From: a virus
Direction: 5' to 3' (one strand)
Virus record (IMG/VR): IMGVR_UViG_3300027575_000001
Coordinates: 1 to 64,000 of that record
DNA length: 64,000 nucleotides
This document shows positions 1-8,361 of this stretch, piece by piece. Under the pieces are notes generated by a model. It saw only the letters and a list, made by a program, of their open reading frames with translations, made no database searches and was not told where the DNA came from. Each line of letters starts with the position of its first letter. The first letter of the stretch is position 1. Both the position numbers and the translations under genes were made by a program.

Positions 1-87
1 GTCTCCGATGGTCTCCGACTCGCCTTCGATCACATCTGGCAGGATCAGGTAGCGGTTGCCGAGGGGTTCAAAATCAGGTTTGTTCAT
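1..87 (-). CDS. 5' end of a GroES-like co-chaperonin gene (partial, runs off the window)
   Basis: ATG at 87 preceded by AAGGAAAGGA. The 29 visible codons MNKPDFEPLGNRYLILPDVIEGESETIGD resemble the GroES/gp31 N-terminal PLGDRVLV pattern. Confidence 0.3.
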   Translation of the reverse strand, partial: MNKPDFEPLGNRYLILPDVIEGESETIGD

Positions 88-125
88 GGCGGTCCTTTCC
101 TTTTGAATGTACACCACAAGTGAGA

Positions 126-308
126 TTAGCTGAAAAGATTTTGCTGAGTGTCCCCCGGAGGTTCTTCTTTCTTCGCAGGACTCGGCTTCTCGTAACAAGT
201 GAGGCAATATTGGCGCCTACCATCTGCTATTCGCCACGGCGTCATCTTCCCGCAGCGGTTGCACCAGATTTCAGCTTGAACTGTCGTCTTCGTGAAGTGA
301 TGAGGCAT
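126..308 (-). CDS. small Zn-ribbon protein, hypothetical
   Basis: 60-aa ORF with CNRCG...CLTC cysteine pairs, in series with neighbouring minus-strand genes. Confidence 0.5.
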   Translation of the reverse strand: MPHHFTKTTVQAEIWCNRCGKMTPWRIADGRRQYCLTCYEKPSPAKKEEPPGDTQQNLFS

Positions 309-582
309 CTGGTTTCCTAGCGCTTTGCAATGGTCGTCCGCCGCAGTTGTGAGATTTCACGTGGCAGTCGCCACACCCCGTGTCCACGTTATCGATAACA
401 TCCGATCCGCCAGCGCCGCGGGACTTTCGGTGCATCATGTGTCCTGATGCCCACGACACCGGACGGCCACAATGGATGCAGCACCAGCCGTCTCGCGTGA
501 AACACTGCCGGCGCAGCGCAGCCAGCGCCTCACCCTTGAGCCGTATCCTACCGGTCTTGCCAACAACTCCAGAGCGGATCAT
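271..582 (-). CDS. HNH endonuclease
   Basis: CIHCG...GHMMHRKSRGAGGSDVIDNVDTGCGDCHVKSH is an HNH/Cys-box pattern. The ATG overlaps the DnaB stop (ATGA). Confidence 0.7.
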   Translation of the reverse strand: MIRSGVVGKTGRIRLKGEALAALRRQCFTRDGWCCIHCGRPVSWASGHMMHRKSRGAGGSDVIDNVDTGCGDCHVKSHNCGGRPLQSARKPDASSLHEDDSSS

Positions 583-1928
583 TGGTGCCAGTCCTTCAGT
601 TCATCATCAAGCTCTGCTTGTGTCACGAACTCAAGTCTCTTTGTGTCGAATTCGCCGTCGATATTCCCCGGTGATCCTCCTCCGCGCACCAGTGCCAGGT
701 GGACGTTGGCCTTTTTCGTCATTTTCAGTGTCTCTTTGTCCTGATACCTGTGCAGGAGGATCATGGCCGCGCAGTCCTGCAAGGGCTTTTTGCTCTCCCC
801 GATGTCGGCAGGACGCGGCAACTTGTCAGCGTATTCCCGCGGCACTTCGTTTAGCTGGAACAGCGCCAGTAGAGCTGCTTTCTTGCCGTAAATCTTCCGT
901 CTCAGCCTGCCGGAGTCCAACACGTAGCTCTCCCGGATCTTGTTCGGATTGTTTTTGCCAGCTTCGACCATAAGCCCAAAGTGATCCAGCACAAAGAGCA
1001 CTTCCTCACCATCTCGCGTCTCGCGCTCGATGATCCAGCAGGTCTCGTCGCAGTCGATGTCACCCTCGTAGATGCGCAGTGGCCATTCCAGCACTTTGCC
1101 CATCCCCTCGTTGAATAGCTGATTTTGCTCAGGCGTTTGTAGCTCCTGTCGGACGCACACGATGTTGGGCAGGTTTACGACGTGCGGCACCAGATTGTAG
1201 AGCGACATTTCGCGGTCAACTTCGAGTGAAATCTTGACGACTCGCCGGCCGCGCTGGCAGTTATAGGCGATCGCCGTATCCCCGAAGGCTGACTTCCCGA
1301 CCTTCGGGCGCGCCGCAACGATGGTGTAATAGCCGTGAAGGATGCCGCCAATTTTGGAGTCGATCCACGCGTTGCCGGTTGGGATGCGTGGAGCTTGCTT
1401 AGTTTGAAAGCGGCGGTTGGCTCTTTCCAGTGCCTCCATAAAGAAGCTGTCTACCGCGGCGTTCTTGGCTCCGATAGGGATCCCAATAGATTCTAGCCTT
1501 GACTGGATGGTACCGAGCACCCCGAGGGCGTCGATGCTCTGGTCTGCCGCCTCTCGAATACCGCTTGAGCATGCTTCTATGATCCTCCGGAGCATCGATT
1601 TGTCGTTCACGATGCGGATGTAGTCTTCGATGACAGGGCGGCGGGGCAAGCCCTCAGTGAGTGACGCGAGGTAGGCTACGCCGCCGACAGCTTCGACTTC
1701 ATGACGGTTTTTCAGATGGTTTGCCAGCGTCCTGATATCGATCGCGCTGCCCGCAGCCGCCAGGCGCTTCATGGCCATGCGGATGCGCAGGTGCGAGTCC
1801 AAGCTCCACGCTTCTTTGGGGATCAGCGAGACCTCATCCCAGGCGGCATTGTCGAGCAGCACAGCTCCGAGGAGCGTCTTCTCGCACTCAACGTTCGCTG
1901 GCAGTTCGAAGTCGGGCGCAGGACTCAC
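579..1928 (-). CDS. dnaB: DnaB-like replicative DNA helicase
   Basis: N-terminal ECEKTLLGAVLLDNAAWDEV (DnaB N-domain pattern) and Walker A ARPKVGKSAF. Start set at the GTG at 1928, which overlaps the upstream stop (GTGA), giving 449 aa. The longer ORF to 2165 overlaps the upstream gene. Confidence 0.85.
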   Translation of the reverse strand: MSPAPDFELPANVECEKTLLGAVLLDNAAWDEVSLIPKEAWSLDSHLRIRMAMKRLAAAGSAIDIRTLANHLKNRHEVEAVGGVAYLASLTEGLPRRPVIEDYIRIVNDKSMLRRIIEACSSGIREAADQSIDALGVLGTIQSRLESIGIPIGAKNAAVDSFFMEALERANRRFQTKQAPRIPTGNAWIDSKIGGILHGYYTIVAARPKVGKSAFGDTAIAYNCQRGRRVVKISLEVDREMSLYNLVPHVVNLPNIVCVRQELQTPEQNQLFNEGMGKVLEWPLRIYEGDIDCDETCWIIERETRDGEEVLFVLDHFGLMVEAGKNNPNKIRESYVLDSGRLRRKIYGKKAALLALFQLNEVPREYADKLPRPADIGESKKPLQDCAAMILLHRYQDKETLKMTKKANVHLALVRGGGSPGNIDGEFDTKRLEFVTQAELDDELKDWHQ

Positions 1929-2149
1929 TTGCTGGCCTCGCTCATCCACGCATCCAGCAACTTGTGGGCGCACGCCTGCCCGCAGAGATGCTGAATGTGG
2001 GCCTGTTCCCGGTAGCCGGGACTCCTGGGCAGATCCCAGGGAGTGAAGCTCAGGATGCCATTGGGAAGCTGCTCGGCAAGAAACCAGTGATTCGTGTCCT
2101 GGCGCTGCGCGCCGCAGATGTCGCATACGAATTGTGGCTTGACGCTCAT
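1925..2149 (-). CDS. small Cys-rich hypothetical protein
   Basis: 74-aa ORF with CDICG...CGQAC, coupled to flanking genes by 4-nt overlaps. Confidence 0.5.
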   Translation of the reverse strand: MSVKPQFVCDICGAQRQDTNHWFLAEQLPNGILSFTPWDLPRSPGYREQAHIQHLCGQACAHKLLDAWMSEASK

Positions 2150-2445
2150 TCCGGCTTACTCCCATCCCGATAAACTTTTGGAATGCCGCAGGCGTCGAGA
2201 AACTCTGACGGCGACGGCATGAAACGATTGGCCCGCAGGATCACACGATAGGCCCGGTTGAGGTCCTCGTCGGTCCTGTGCCCAACAGTGAGCACGTAGG
2301 CGTCCAGGGCTCGATCAGTGAGAGTGAACCGCGATGCCGGCCCCAGCGTCTCAGCGAGGCTGTATAGGATTTCGCCCAAGGTCAGCAACTTTGGCGTTGA
2401 CTCGGGCGATTCCTTCAGCTGCGGTGACGTTTGCTGTTTTGCCAT
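2146..2445 (-). CDS. hypothetical protein, possibly a G39P-like helicase loader
   Basis: Internal ATG at 2445 behind GGGAGGAAAA. The C-terminal RFMPSPSEFLDACG resembles the FPPSIAEI-type motif of SPP1 G39P-like loaders. Lies just upstream of the helicase. Confidence 0.4.
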   Translation of the reverse strand: MAKQQTSPQLKESPESTPKLLTLGEILYSLAETLGPASRFTLTDRALDAYVLTVGHRTDEDLNRAYRVILRANRFMPSPSEFLDACGIPKVYRDGSKPE

Positions 2446-2794
2446 TTTTCCTCCCGTTCGGTTTCTGCCACTCGGCAGGATCGTCGTAAAAGCGGTCTTG
2501 ATGAAACCACGTCGCAGGGTGAGGACGAAAGTCCTGCGTGGGGTCTTGAGGCTTCTGGCCGGCAGGACTCGCAGCGTACTCCGCAGCTTTTTTCCACAGG
2601 AAGCGGCGTGCGGCGACGGGATCTGTGACTGTCCTGTTGAATCGGTCTCCATTCGCTAAATCAACTGTGGTTTCTGTGACGGTGGCGGCTACACGCTGAA
2701 TCGCCTTCTCTATTTCTTTGAACGCTTTGCGCTTCCCAACCTTGCGGGGATAGGCGTCGTAGATTGCTTCAATTTGTTCTGATTCTGTGAGCAT
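2351..2794 (-). CDS. conserved phage hypothetical protein (replication-module)
   Basis: 147-aa ORF with GAGGGAAT RBS and the motifs YDAYPRKVGKRKAF ... HPATWFHQDRFYDD. Its 3' end overlaps the next gene by 95 nt in another frame. Confidence 0.5.
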   Translation of the reverse strand: MLTESEQIEAIYDAYPRKVGKRKAFKEIEKAIQRVAATVTETTVDLANGDRFNRTVTDPVAARRFLWKKAAEYAASPAGQKPQDPTQDFRPHPATWFHQDRFYDDPAEWQKPNGRKNGKTANVTAAEGIARVNAKVADLGRNPIQPR

Positions 2795-2921
2795 ATTCCC
2801 TCGAATAGCGGTTCGCGGAAAATGTTTGCGGTACGTGTCAATAGTATTATTTTTGGCGGGAGCAACCCAGAAGTAAAGGAGGAACCTTCCGGGTGCTCAA
2901 CCGCTTGGCAAGGTGCAGACT

Positions 2922-2953
2922 GACAGGACCCCGACCGCCATCAGAGTCCTGTC
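2922..2953. repeat. perfect 8-bp inverted repeat GACAGGAC-N16-GTCCTGTC built from two copies of the abundant motif core
   Basis: Read directly. Intergenic, 3' of the minus-strand gene that ends at 2978. Confidence 0.8.
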
Positions 2954-2977
2954 TCCCTGTCCAAGCGAGAGTAGCAC

Positions 2978-3565
2978 TTACTCGGCGGCTGGCTCTCTGT
3001 TGGCGCGCATGACGCCAGCGGCGCGTTCCAGGGGAGTTCGGGTATCCTCGATCATTGTTTTTTGCTTTGCCGTCTCTTCGGCCGCAACAGCGTCTAAATC
3101 GGCTGCTGATGGTTCCAGTTCACTTCTCAGCGCCGGCGAACCGTGGAGTCCCTGCTGGATCTCGGCGAGATTGGCTTCTGGCTGATGGCGCTCATAGGCT
3201 GAGTTGACCGCGGAGTGCTTTGGCCCCTCCAGCAGCGCCTCCTCGTTCAACTCCTCTTGGTCCAGCGCGTGCCCCCAAACGATGCTGTGGCGTCCTGCCT
3301 GGGCCTCGGGATGCGAGTGATGGACCACGCCAACCTCGCGCCGATACGCTCTGGCGAAGTTCGGGCCCTGAAGGACGGTCGGGTCTGCCGCAGGATCAGG
3401 AAAGGCTACAGTGAGCGCTGGTGCGCCGTCGGGCGTTAAAAGGTGAATCCCGCCGGAGATGGCGAGTACGTGGGCAACGACGGTATGCACTTTGTGGTGC
3501 CTGTCGAAATGGGAGACGACAACTGCGCCTCCAACGCGGGGAGCGATTTTGCGTTCGGTGGTCAT
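2978..3565 (-). CDS. hypothetical protein
   Basis: 195-aa ORF with GGAGAAAAAATC before the ATG. Confidence 0.6.
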   Translation of the reverse strand: MTTERKIAPRVGGAVVVSHFDRHHKVHTVVAHVLAISGGIHLLTPDGAPALTVAFPDPAADPTVLQGPNFARAYRREVGVVHHSHPEAQAGRHSIVWGHALDQEELNEEALLEGPKHSAVNSAYERHQPEANLAEIQQGLHGSPALRSELEPSAADLDAVAAEETAKQKTMIEDTRTPLERAAGVMRANREPAAE

Positions 3566-3620
3566 GATTTTTTCTCCATGGAGTGAGTTGATGGTACGTG
3601 GTTAGAGTAGCGCGCAGGAC

Positions 3621-4271
3621 TCAGCTAGGCTGTGCAGCATGGAACGCTGCTAAATCTTTGGGTCCTGATTTCCCCCCTGGCCGACGAGGGGGCGCGAGAA
3701 CCGGCTCGGCATCTGGATCAAGTTCTTTTTCCTCGGGTTTTTTGTCGGAAATATCTTCCAGTTCCTCGTCCTCGTCGACGTTGCCCCTTAGCTCCATTTC
3801 GCTTTGCGAGTAGACAGCTTCAAGGTGGAAATCCTTGTGGATGTGAATCCAAGCCCAATCGCGGAACTCGACTGATCCCGGCACATAGATGACGACGTGC
3901 AGATTGACCTCTTTTTTGTCTTCTTCTCCCTCGGTTGTTAGCCAGACTTTCTTGAAGTGGGCGCCGGCCGTAGAAGTCCAGTGGTCTTTGCTGGTGCCTG
4001 TCGAGAACACTTCCAGAGTCATGCCTTTGATCTCGACATTCACCACGCTGCGATCGGTCTTGCTGGTGTCTTTTGCCATCAACGAAAAAGGGTCGCCGAT
4101 CTCTTCGTTCATGCCGGTGACCGATTCGTTGAGCAACGGGAGACGCATTTCCAGCTTGATTGTGTCGATGCCCCTCTTATCGCGCGTTTGGTTCCAATTT
4201 GCTAGGAAAGCTTTGCGGCGATGTCCTTCAAAAAAGGTCTTAAGGATAGCTGGTTTTTGTTTTGCTGCCAT
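3621..4271 (-). CDS. hypothetical protein with a strongly acidic C-terminal tail
   Basis: 216-aa ORF with AAGGAAA RBS and C-terminal DEDEELEDISDKKPEEKELDPD. Confidence 0.65.
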   Translation of the reverse strand: MAAKQKPAILKTFFEGHRRKAFLANWNQTRDKRGIDTIKLEMRLPLLNESVTGMNEEIGDPFSLMAKDTSKTDRSVVNVEIKGMTLEVFSTGTSKDHWTSTAGAHFKKVWLTTEGEEDKKEVNLHVVIYVPGSVEFRDWAWIHIHKDFHLEAVYSQSEMELRGNVDEDEELEDISDKKPEEKELDPDAEPVLAPPRRPGGKSGPKDLAAFHAAQPS

Positions 4272-4300
4272 TGGCGGTTTCCTTTCTGGCGGTTGATGGT

Positions 4301-4861
4301 TCAGAAGTTGTCGGGTAGCTCAGAATAATACTCCGAGTCCTGCGTCTTTGGCGCTTTGGGGGTGTCTTTCTTCAATCGTTCGAGTTCGGCCATCAGGCCG
4401 CGTGACCTGGCTGCGGCCGCTGCAAGTTTGTTTGCTTTCTCCAGCCGCGACAGGACATCCTGACGTGCCAGTGGGTGAATCGTATCGAGATAAGCCAGCA
4501 GGTCTTTGTATTCCTGAACTGACAGCGATCCCTTGCGGTCGTTGTCCTGGGCGCACGGGTAGTCGATGTTATCGAGTCCCGTTGAGCCAGCCCGGCTCAA
4601 TGCGGTTCCATGGTCGACGTCGACTTCAGACAGCGTAAACCACCGCGAGCAGTACCGGCACTGGATCGGTGCGTCCTCCTTGCCACCCATCACGTTGTCG
4701 AGCAGGTCGCGCCTGAACTCTTCGAGCGTGAACGCAGGACGCGGAAGGCCTTTCCTCTCCAACCGCGCGACCATTCCCCGGTAGCGGTTCCCGGTGATCG
4801 TCATGAAAGACGAATGGGCGTCCTGGGGGAACAGACTGCCGGCTTTGAGATTAGGCTTCAC
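4301..4861 (-). CDS. HNH-family nuclease
   Basis: CRYCSRWF...VDVDHGTALSRAGSTGLDNIDYPCAQDNDRKG is an HNH-like core. Start placed at the GTG overlapping the Lar stop (GTGA). An ATG at 4804 is an alternative. Confidence 0.55.
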   Translation of the reverse strand: MKPNLKAGSLFPQDAHSSFMTITGNRYRGMVARLERKGLPRPAFTLEEFRRDLLDNVMGGKEDAPIQCRYCSRWFTLSEVDVDHGTALSRAGSTGLDNIDYPCAQDNDRKGSLSVQEYKDLLAYLDTIHPLARQDVLSRLEKANKLAAAAARSRGLMAELERLKKDTPKAPKTQDSEYYSELPDNF

Positions 4862-5052
4862 GCGCGCCGGTTCCACCTCTCGATAGCTTCGGTGTCAGAT
4901 GGCCTCGCGGCGGGGCTGGCACCGCAGCCTTGCGTGGCACATTTGACCCAAAATTGGGGCGACGATATCTTCCCATCGTTGTTGCTGCGCAAGATGCCTG
5001 GTTGTCCGCAAAAGGGGCAAGCATCTAAGATCGCTTCGGTTTCGACGATCAT
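4858..5052 (-). CDS. lar: Lar-family restriction alleviation protein
   Basis: CPFCGQPG...VKCATQGCGA...DTEAIERWNRRA matches the Lar_restr_allev pattern (CPFCG ... C..CGA ... A...WN.R). AAGGAG RBS before the ATG at 5052. Confidence 0.65.
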   Translation of the reverse strand: MIVETEAILDACPFCGQPGILRSNNDGKISSPQFWVKCATQGCGASPAARPSDTEAIERWNRRA

Positions 5053-5109
5053 CGTATTCTCCTTTTCGTTTCCCACACCTCCGTGGGCGGTAACCTTGCG
5101 TTCGGGACA

Positions 5110-5328
5110 TTACTCCCTTTGCCTAACAATCTCGTCAACAATCGCTCCTGCCGACAGGTTGGACTCCTCAGCGACTGCGGTTAGTGTAAAGAACCGTTCG
5201 GGCGTTCCAGCTTTTGATAGTCGCGCTACTCGCTGCGCTGCACGACGCAATTCCACCTTGAGCGTTGACGCGGCTAAGAGCTGGTTCCGTATGCTACCTA
5301 GCTTGACGAGTGCTCTAATCTCCTTCAT
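5110..5328 (-). CDS. hypothetical protein
   Basis: 72-aa ORF with CTGGAGGAAAA RBS. Confidence 0.55.
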   Translation of the reverse strand: MKEIRALVKLGSIRNQLLAASTLKVELRRAAQRVARLSKAGTPERFFTLTAVAEESNLSAGAIVDEIVRQRE

Positions 5329-5375
5329 TTTTCCTCCAGGGGAGTGAAGTATGTAAATCCCTTTCGTTTGTGTTG

Positions 5376-5409
5376 CCCCGTTCGTATTCCGCCTGCAATA
5401 CGGAGCCTA
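5376..5409. repeat. intergenic conserved element, copy 1 (CCCCGTTCGTATTC-N9-TACGGAGCCTA)
   Basis: Shares both flanks with the copy at 5647-5678. Contains a CGTATT/AATACG stem. Confidence 0.6.
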
Positions 5410-5419
5410 TGCAGCGCGG

Positions 5420-5647
5420 TCAATCTGCGGCCTTGGGAGCGCATAGGTTTTCGGTTCCATCCGTTGATTGACTGTAGAACCAACTTGAGGCCATGAGCTT
5501 ATACCCGAAAGGGCAATACTCAATAGCATCGTTATGAAAGTTAACCTCATCAGGGTCAGCTTCCTTTGGCAACCCAAACGCGATCTTTTTGACAGCAATT
5601 GGTTTATCAATAGCTTCACCTTCTTTCTTGCCGAAGTGTCGGCGCAC
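5420..5647 (-). CDS. hypothetical protein (weak)
   Basis: 75-aa ORF with a GTG start and no clear RBS. The start lies inside the repeated element. Confidence 0.3.
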   Translation of the reverse strand: MRRHFGKKEGEAIDKPIAVKKIAFGLPKEADPDEVNFHNDAIEYCPFGYKLMASSWFYSQSTDGTENLCAPKAAD

Positions 5648-5678
5648 CCCGTTCGTATTCAGGACGGTACGGAGCCTA
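5647..5678. repeat. intergenic conserved element, copy 2 (CCCCGTTCGTATTC-N7-TACGGAGCCTA)
   Basis: Same flanks as the copy at 5376-5409. Confidence 0.6.
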
Positions 5679-5700
5679 CGTCCCGAGCGTCAGAGTGCCA

Positions 5701-6840
5701 TTAGTGCATGCCGGACATGGCGTACCTACGCAGGCCCATCCGTGGATTTCGCACCGATAGCTTCTTTGATTCATTGGGCATCACCGTCCTCTCTATCGCG
5801 CTCACAGAATCTAGCCTTTCGGGTCTGTATCCTGCCGCGACCCACGTTTCCCAAGGTACGCCATTGGGCCATTTATCACCCTTGTGGGGCTTATCGTAGG
5901 CACCGATCACCCATCGCTGGAATCCCATTGACTCCTGCGTGCGGATGAACGGCATCGGATAGGGACGCGCTCCAAACTCGCGGAGAACTTTGCGGCGATG
6001 CTCCCACGAAGCCACAGTTTCTCCCGGCCAATATCCGCACAAAACATAGACCATAATGTGATCCGGCTTGACGCCGTACCGCACAAGCCGATTGAGACCA
6101 GCCAACAGACGGTCCTCATCTTTCAGGTTGTCCCACGCCGTATAGATGCGCTTCACCTTCATACTGTCATCGCGATAGGCTACGCTGGCGATTGCCTCTG
6201 CCGCTTCGTCGGTCAGGAACCGGGCATTGATGCCTTGATTGAAGCTGACTTTGAACCCGCCGTCTCGAATGTCGCGGATTACGTTTCTCCAATCAGGCTG
6301 GCCGAAGAAATCATTATCGAGCAGATGCAAGTGTTTTGGGTGTCCTTCGCCGCGCCAAACCGCATGGACGCCGTTCACACTTTTAAGTATCGGCTCCTTG
6401 ACATGGACGCAGCAGAACGAGCATCTCAGGCGGCAACCACGCTGCGTAAAACCGATTGAGGCTGTGTAGCTGGGATAGTGCGAGTAGTCAAAATCCGCCG
6501 CGCTTTCGCCGACAGATATGCCGTGGTTCTCTATGGCCGTCACCTGCGATTGGATAACGGGACTCAGCGGAATCAGTTCGCCTGGTCGCGCTGGATCGAC
6601 GCCGGTACCGCCGATTATTGCCTCCGGAAAGCATTGCTTTAGCCTTTCGACCAGCGGGATACTTTTGCGGAAGATCGCGGAGCCATACACCTTATCTGGA
6701 ACGGCATCAAAGAGTCGATTTTCAAAAGCCGCGCCGTGCCGCATCTCCACATCATCACCCAATGCCCGGTGGTGCGTTGAAATCCGCATCAGGGCGATGT
6801 TAGGCAACGACCCGTCGAGTTGGCACAGCAGGACTTTCAT
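5701..6840 (-). CDS. radical SAM enzyme with an N-terminal B12-binding-like domain
   Basis: RGCRLRCSFCCV is the CxxxCxxC radical-SAM cluster motif. N-terminal KVLLCQLDGSLPNIALMRIS resembles the Rossmann-like domain of class-B enzymes. Start at the ATG at 6840 (AAGGATGGA RBS, overlaps the upstream TAA). Confidence 0.8.
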   Translation of the reverse strand: MKVLLCQLDGSLPNIALMRISTHHRALGDDVEMRHGAAFENRLFDAVPDKVYGSAIFRKSIPLVERLKQCFPEAIIGGTGVDPARPGELIPLSPVIQSQVTAIENHGISVGESAADFDYSHYPSYTASIGFTQRGCRLRCSFCCVHVKEPILKSVNGVHAVWRGEGHPKHLHLLDNDFFGQPDWRNVIRDIRDGGFKVSFNQGINARFLTDEAAEAIASVAYRDDSMKVKRIYTAWDNLKDEDRLLAGLNRLVRYGVKPDHIMVYVLCGYWPGETVASWEHRRKVLREFGARPYPMPFIRTQESMGFQRWVIGAYDKPHKGDKWPNGVPWETWVAAGYRPERLDSVSAIERTVMPNESKKLSVRNPRMGLRRYAMSGMH

Positions 6841-7244
6841 TATTTCCATCCTTTCAGCAACTCATCCAGGGCGGCTTGCTCGCGGGCGACGATCTCCAGT
6901 AGCGCATCGCCATCTGCCCTATGATCGTGCGGATTCCTCTCCATTTCTGGAAGATGCTCATGTGTGTGCGAAATCAGTTTCAGTAAGGATAGGGCGTAGC
7001 GGCGTTTCCGTATCTCCTCTTTGCGAGCCTGCGTGAATTCAAAGGCGGCGTGGATGGCGTCAGACTCAGACGCAAACCAATCCGTGCAATGAGTGGTCGC
7101 GTAAATCCGGCCGAGCGACGCGCTCCACTGCTCGGTAACCCCTGCTGTTTTTCCTTCCCGCGAGCGCACTTCGGCGCGGAGCCACTTCGATAAAACATGC
7201 TGCCATTCCTCTTCGCTGGTCAGCGGTTTCGCTTGGGCGGTCAC
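6840..7244 (-). CDS. hypothetical protein
   Basis: ORF with AGGAGGGA directly upstream of a TTG-GTG start. Confidence 0.55.
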   Translation of the reverse strand: MTAQAKPLTSEEEWQHVLSKWLRAEVRSREGKTAGVTEQWSASLGRIYATTHCTDWFASESDAIHAAFEFTQARKEEIRKRRYALSLLKLISHTHEHLPEMERNPHDHRADGDALLEIVAREQAALDELLKGWK

Positions 7245-7253
7245 CAATCCCTC

Positions 7254-7445
7254 CTACAGGAAATACCACATAACTTGCACGATACCGACTATCGCTCCCG
7301 CCATAATCATTGCCCCGATCATCACGTGTGCGGCTTCTAAATCGGTCATTGGCCGCGTGGGAGTTAAGATGAAGGTCAGAAGAATCCACGCGCAAAACGA
7401 CCCTATCAAGCGCATCACAATCCGCTTGATAGATTGGGCGGTCAT
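7254..7445 (-). CDS. small membrane protein (2 TM)
   Basis: 63 aa with two hydrophobic stretches. Confidence 0.5.
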   Translation of the reverse strand: MTAQSIKRIVMRLIGSFCAWILLTFILTPTRPMTDLEAAHVMIGAMIMAGAIVGIVQVMWYFL

Positions 7446-7579
7446 GGGCGATCCTTCTTCTCCACAGCATCGGCAATGCGTTTAAGCTCTTGCGCCACCT
7501 CAGAGACGCAAGAGGCTACCCAGCTAGCGGCGTACAAAACACTAACACAGATACCAAAACAGATAGATAACGCACTCAC
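7442..7579 (-). CDS. 45-aa membrane micro-protein (not in the ORF track)
   Basis: GTG start overlaps the upstream stop (GTGA) and the stop overlaps the downstream ATG (ATGA). Translates VSALSICFGICVSVLYAASWVASCVSEVAQELKRIADAVEKKDRP. Confidence 0.45.
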   Translation of the reverse strand: MSALSICFGICVSVLYAASWVASCVSEVAQELKRIADAVEKKDRP

Positions 7580-8361
7580 GGCTTCTCTCCGATCCCGCGC
7601 CCTTCGCGGATATGCGCCCAGAACGCCTCTGCTTTACTTCCCGCTGTGTCGTAGCCGACCAGCCGCATGGCGTCGCCGATCAACTTGTCATCGTGAGCGA
7701 ATGCCACGCGCAGGGCTGCGGTCATGCCTTCGATACAAGCATCCTTCTCACACTGGGACAGCGCCTCGAACACGCCGCGATGGTAGTACGCTTTGCAGCA
7801 CCGCTCGACCACATCGTTCACTTTCGGGGCCGGGGCAGCATTCCCGTGGCATCGCTCGCAAACGCCCGACTCAGACGAATCGAGTCCGTCGCCACATTTG
7901 GGACACTTCGCAGGCGCTTGAACCTTATCGACAAGCATCGCTCCGCATCTCCCGCAAGCCGGATATGGCGGCGGCCACGCTACCTCAGGCTTAATGTCAT
8001 CTGTGGTTGCTTCGCAAGAACAGCACTTCATGATTGGCTGCACCCCCTGCGCACGTTGGGCGGCGTGTTCACGGCGATCAGACATCGCGCACGCCTCTCG
8101 ATATGCCTCAGCGTCGCGCAATACGAACTCAAGTACACTGGTCCCAGGCCTACACCCGTATTTCTCCGCATGGGCGCGGCAGGCCAACGCATGAGCGTTC
8201 GCCTCTTTTTCCCACCAAGGCTGTTCGGCGGGAGGCTGGCGCTCGGAAACCGCCTCTAGGACGGAACAGCCAATCTCCACCATCAACTTGCGAAGCGATG
8301 AAAACTCGTCGCTGTAGCACGTCAGACTTTCATCCAAAATTCTTATCTGCTCGCTATTCAT
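7576..8361 (-). CDS. Cys-rich hypothetical protein (multiple Zn-ribbon-like CxxC pairs)
   Basis: 261-aa ORF with GGAGGG RBS and ACGRCG...CPKCG...CERCH. Confidence 0.6.
   Translation of the reverse strand: MNSEQIRILDESLTCYSDEFSSLRKLMVEIGCSVLEAVSERQPPAEQPWWEKEANAHALACRAHAEKYGCRPGTSVLEFVLRDAEAYREACAMSDRREHAAQRAQGVQPIMKCCSCEATTDDIKPEVAWPPPYPACGRCGAMLVDKVQAPAKCPKCGDGLDSSESGVCERCHGNAAPAPKVNDVVERCCKAYYHRGVFEALSQCEKDACIEGMTAALRVAFAHDDKLIGDAMRLVGYDTAGSKAEAFWAHIREGRGIGEKP

Noticed and set aside
579-2165. The 528-aa version of the helicase ORF with a 79-aa N-terminal extension.
   Set aside because: The extension is Arg/Ser/Gly-rich and overlaps the well-formed 74-aa gene 1925-2149 completely. A GTG at 1928 gives a canonical GTGA coupling and a normal DnaB length.
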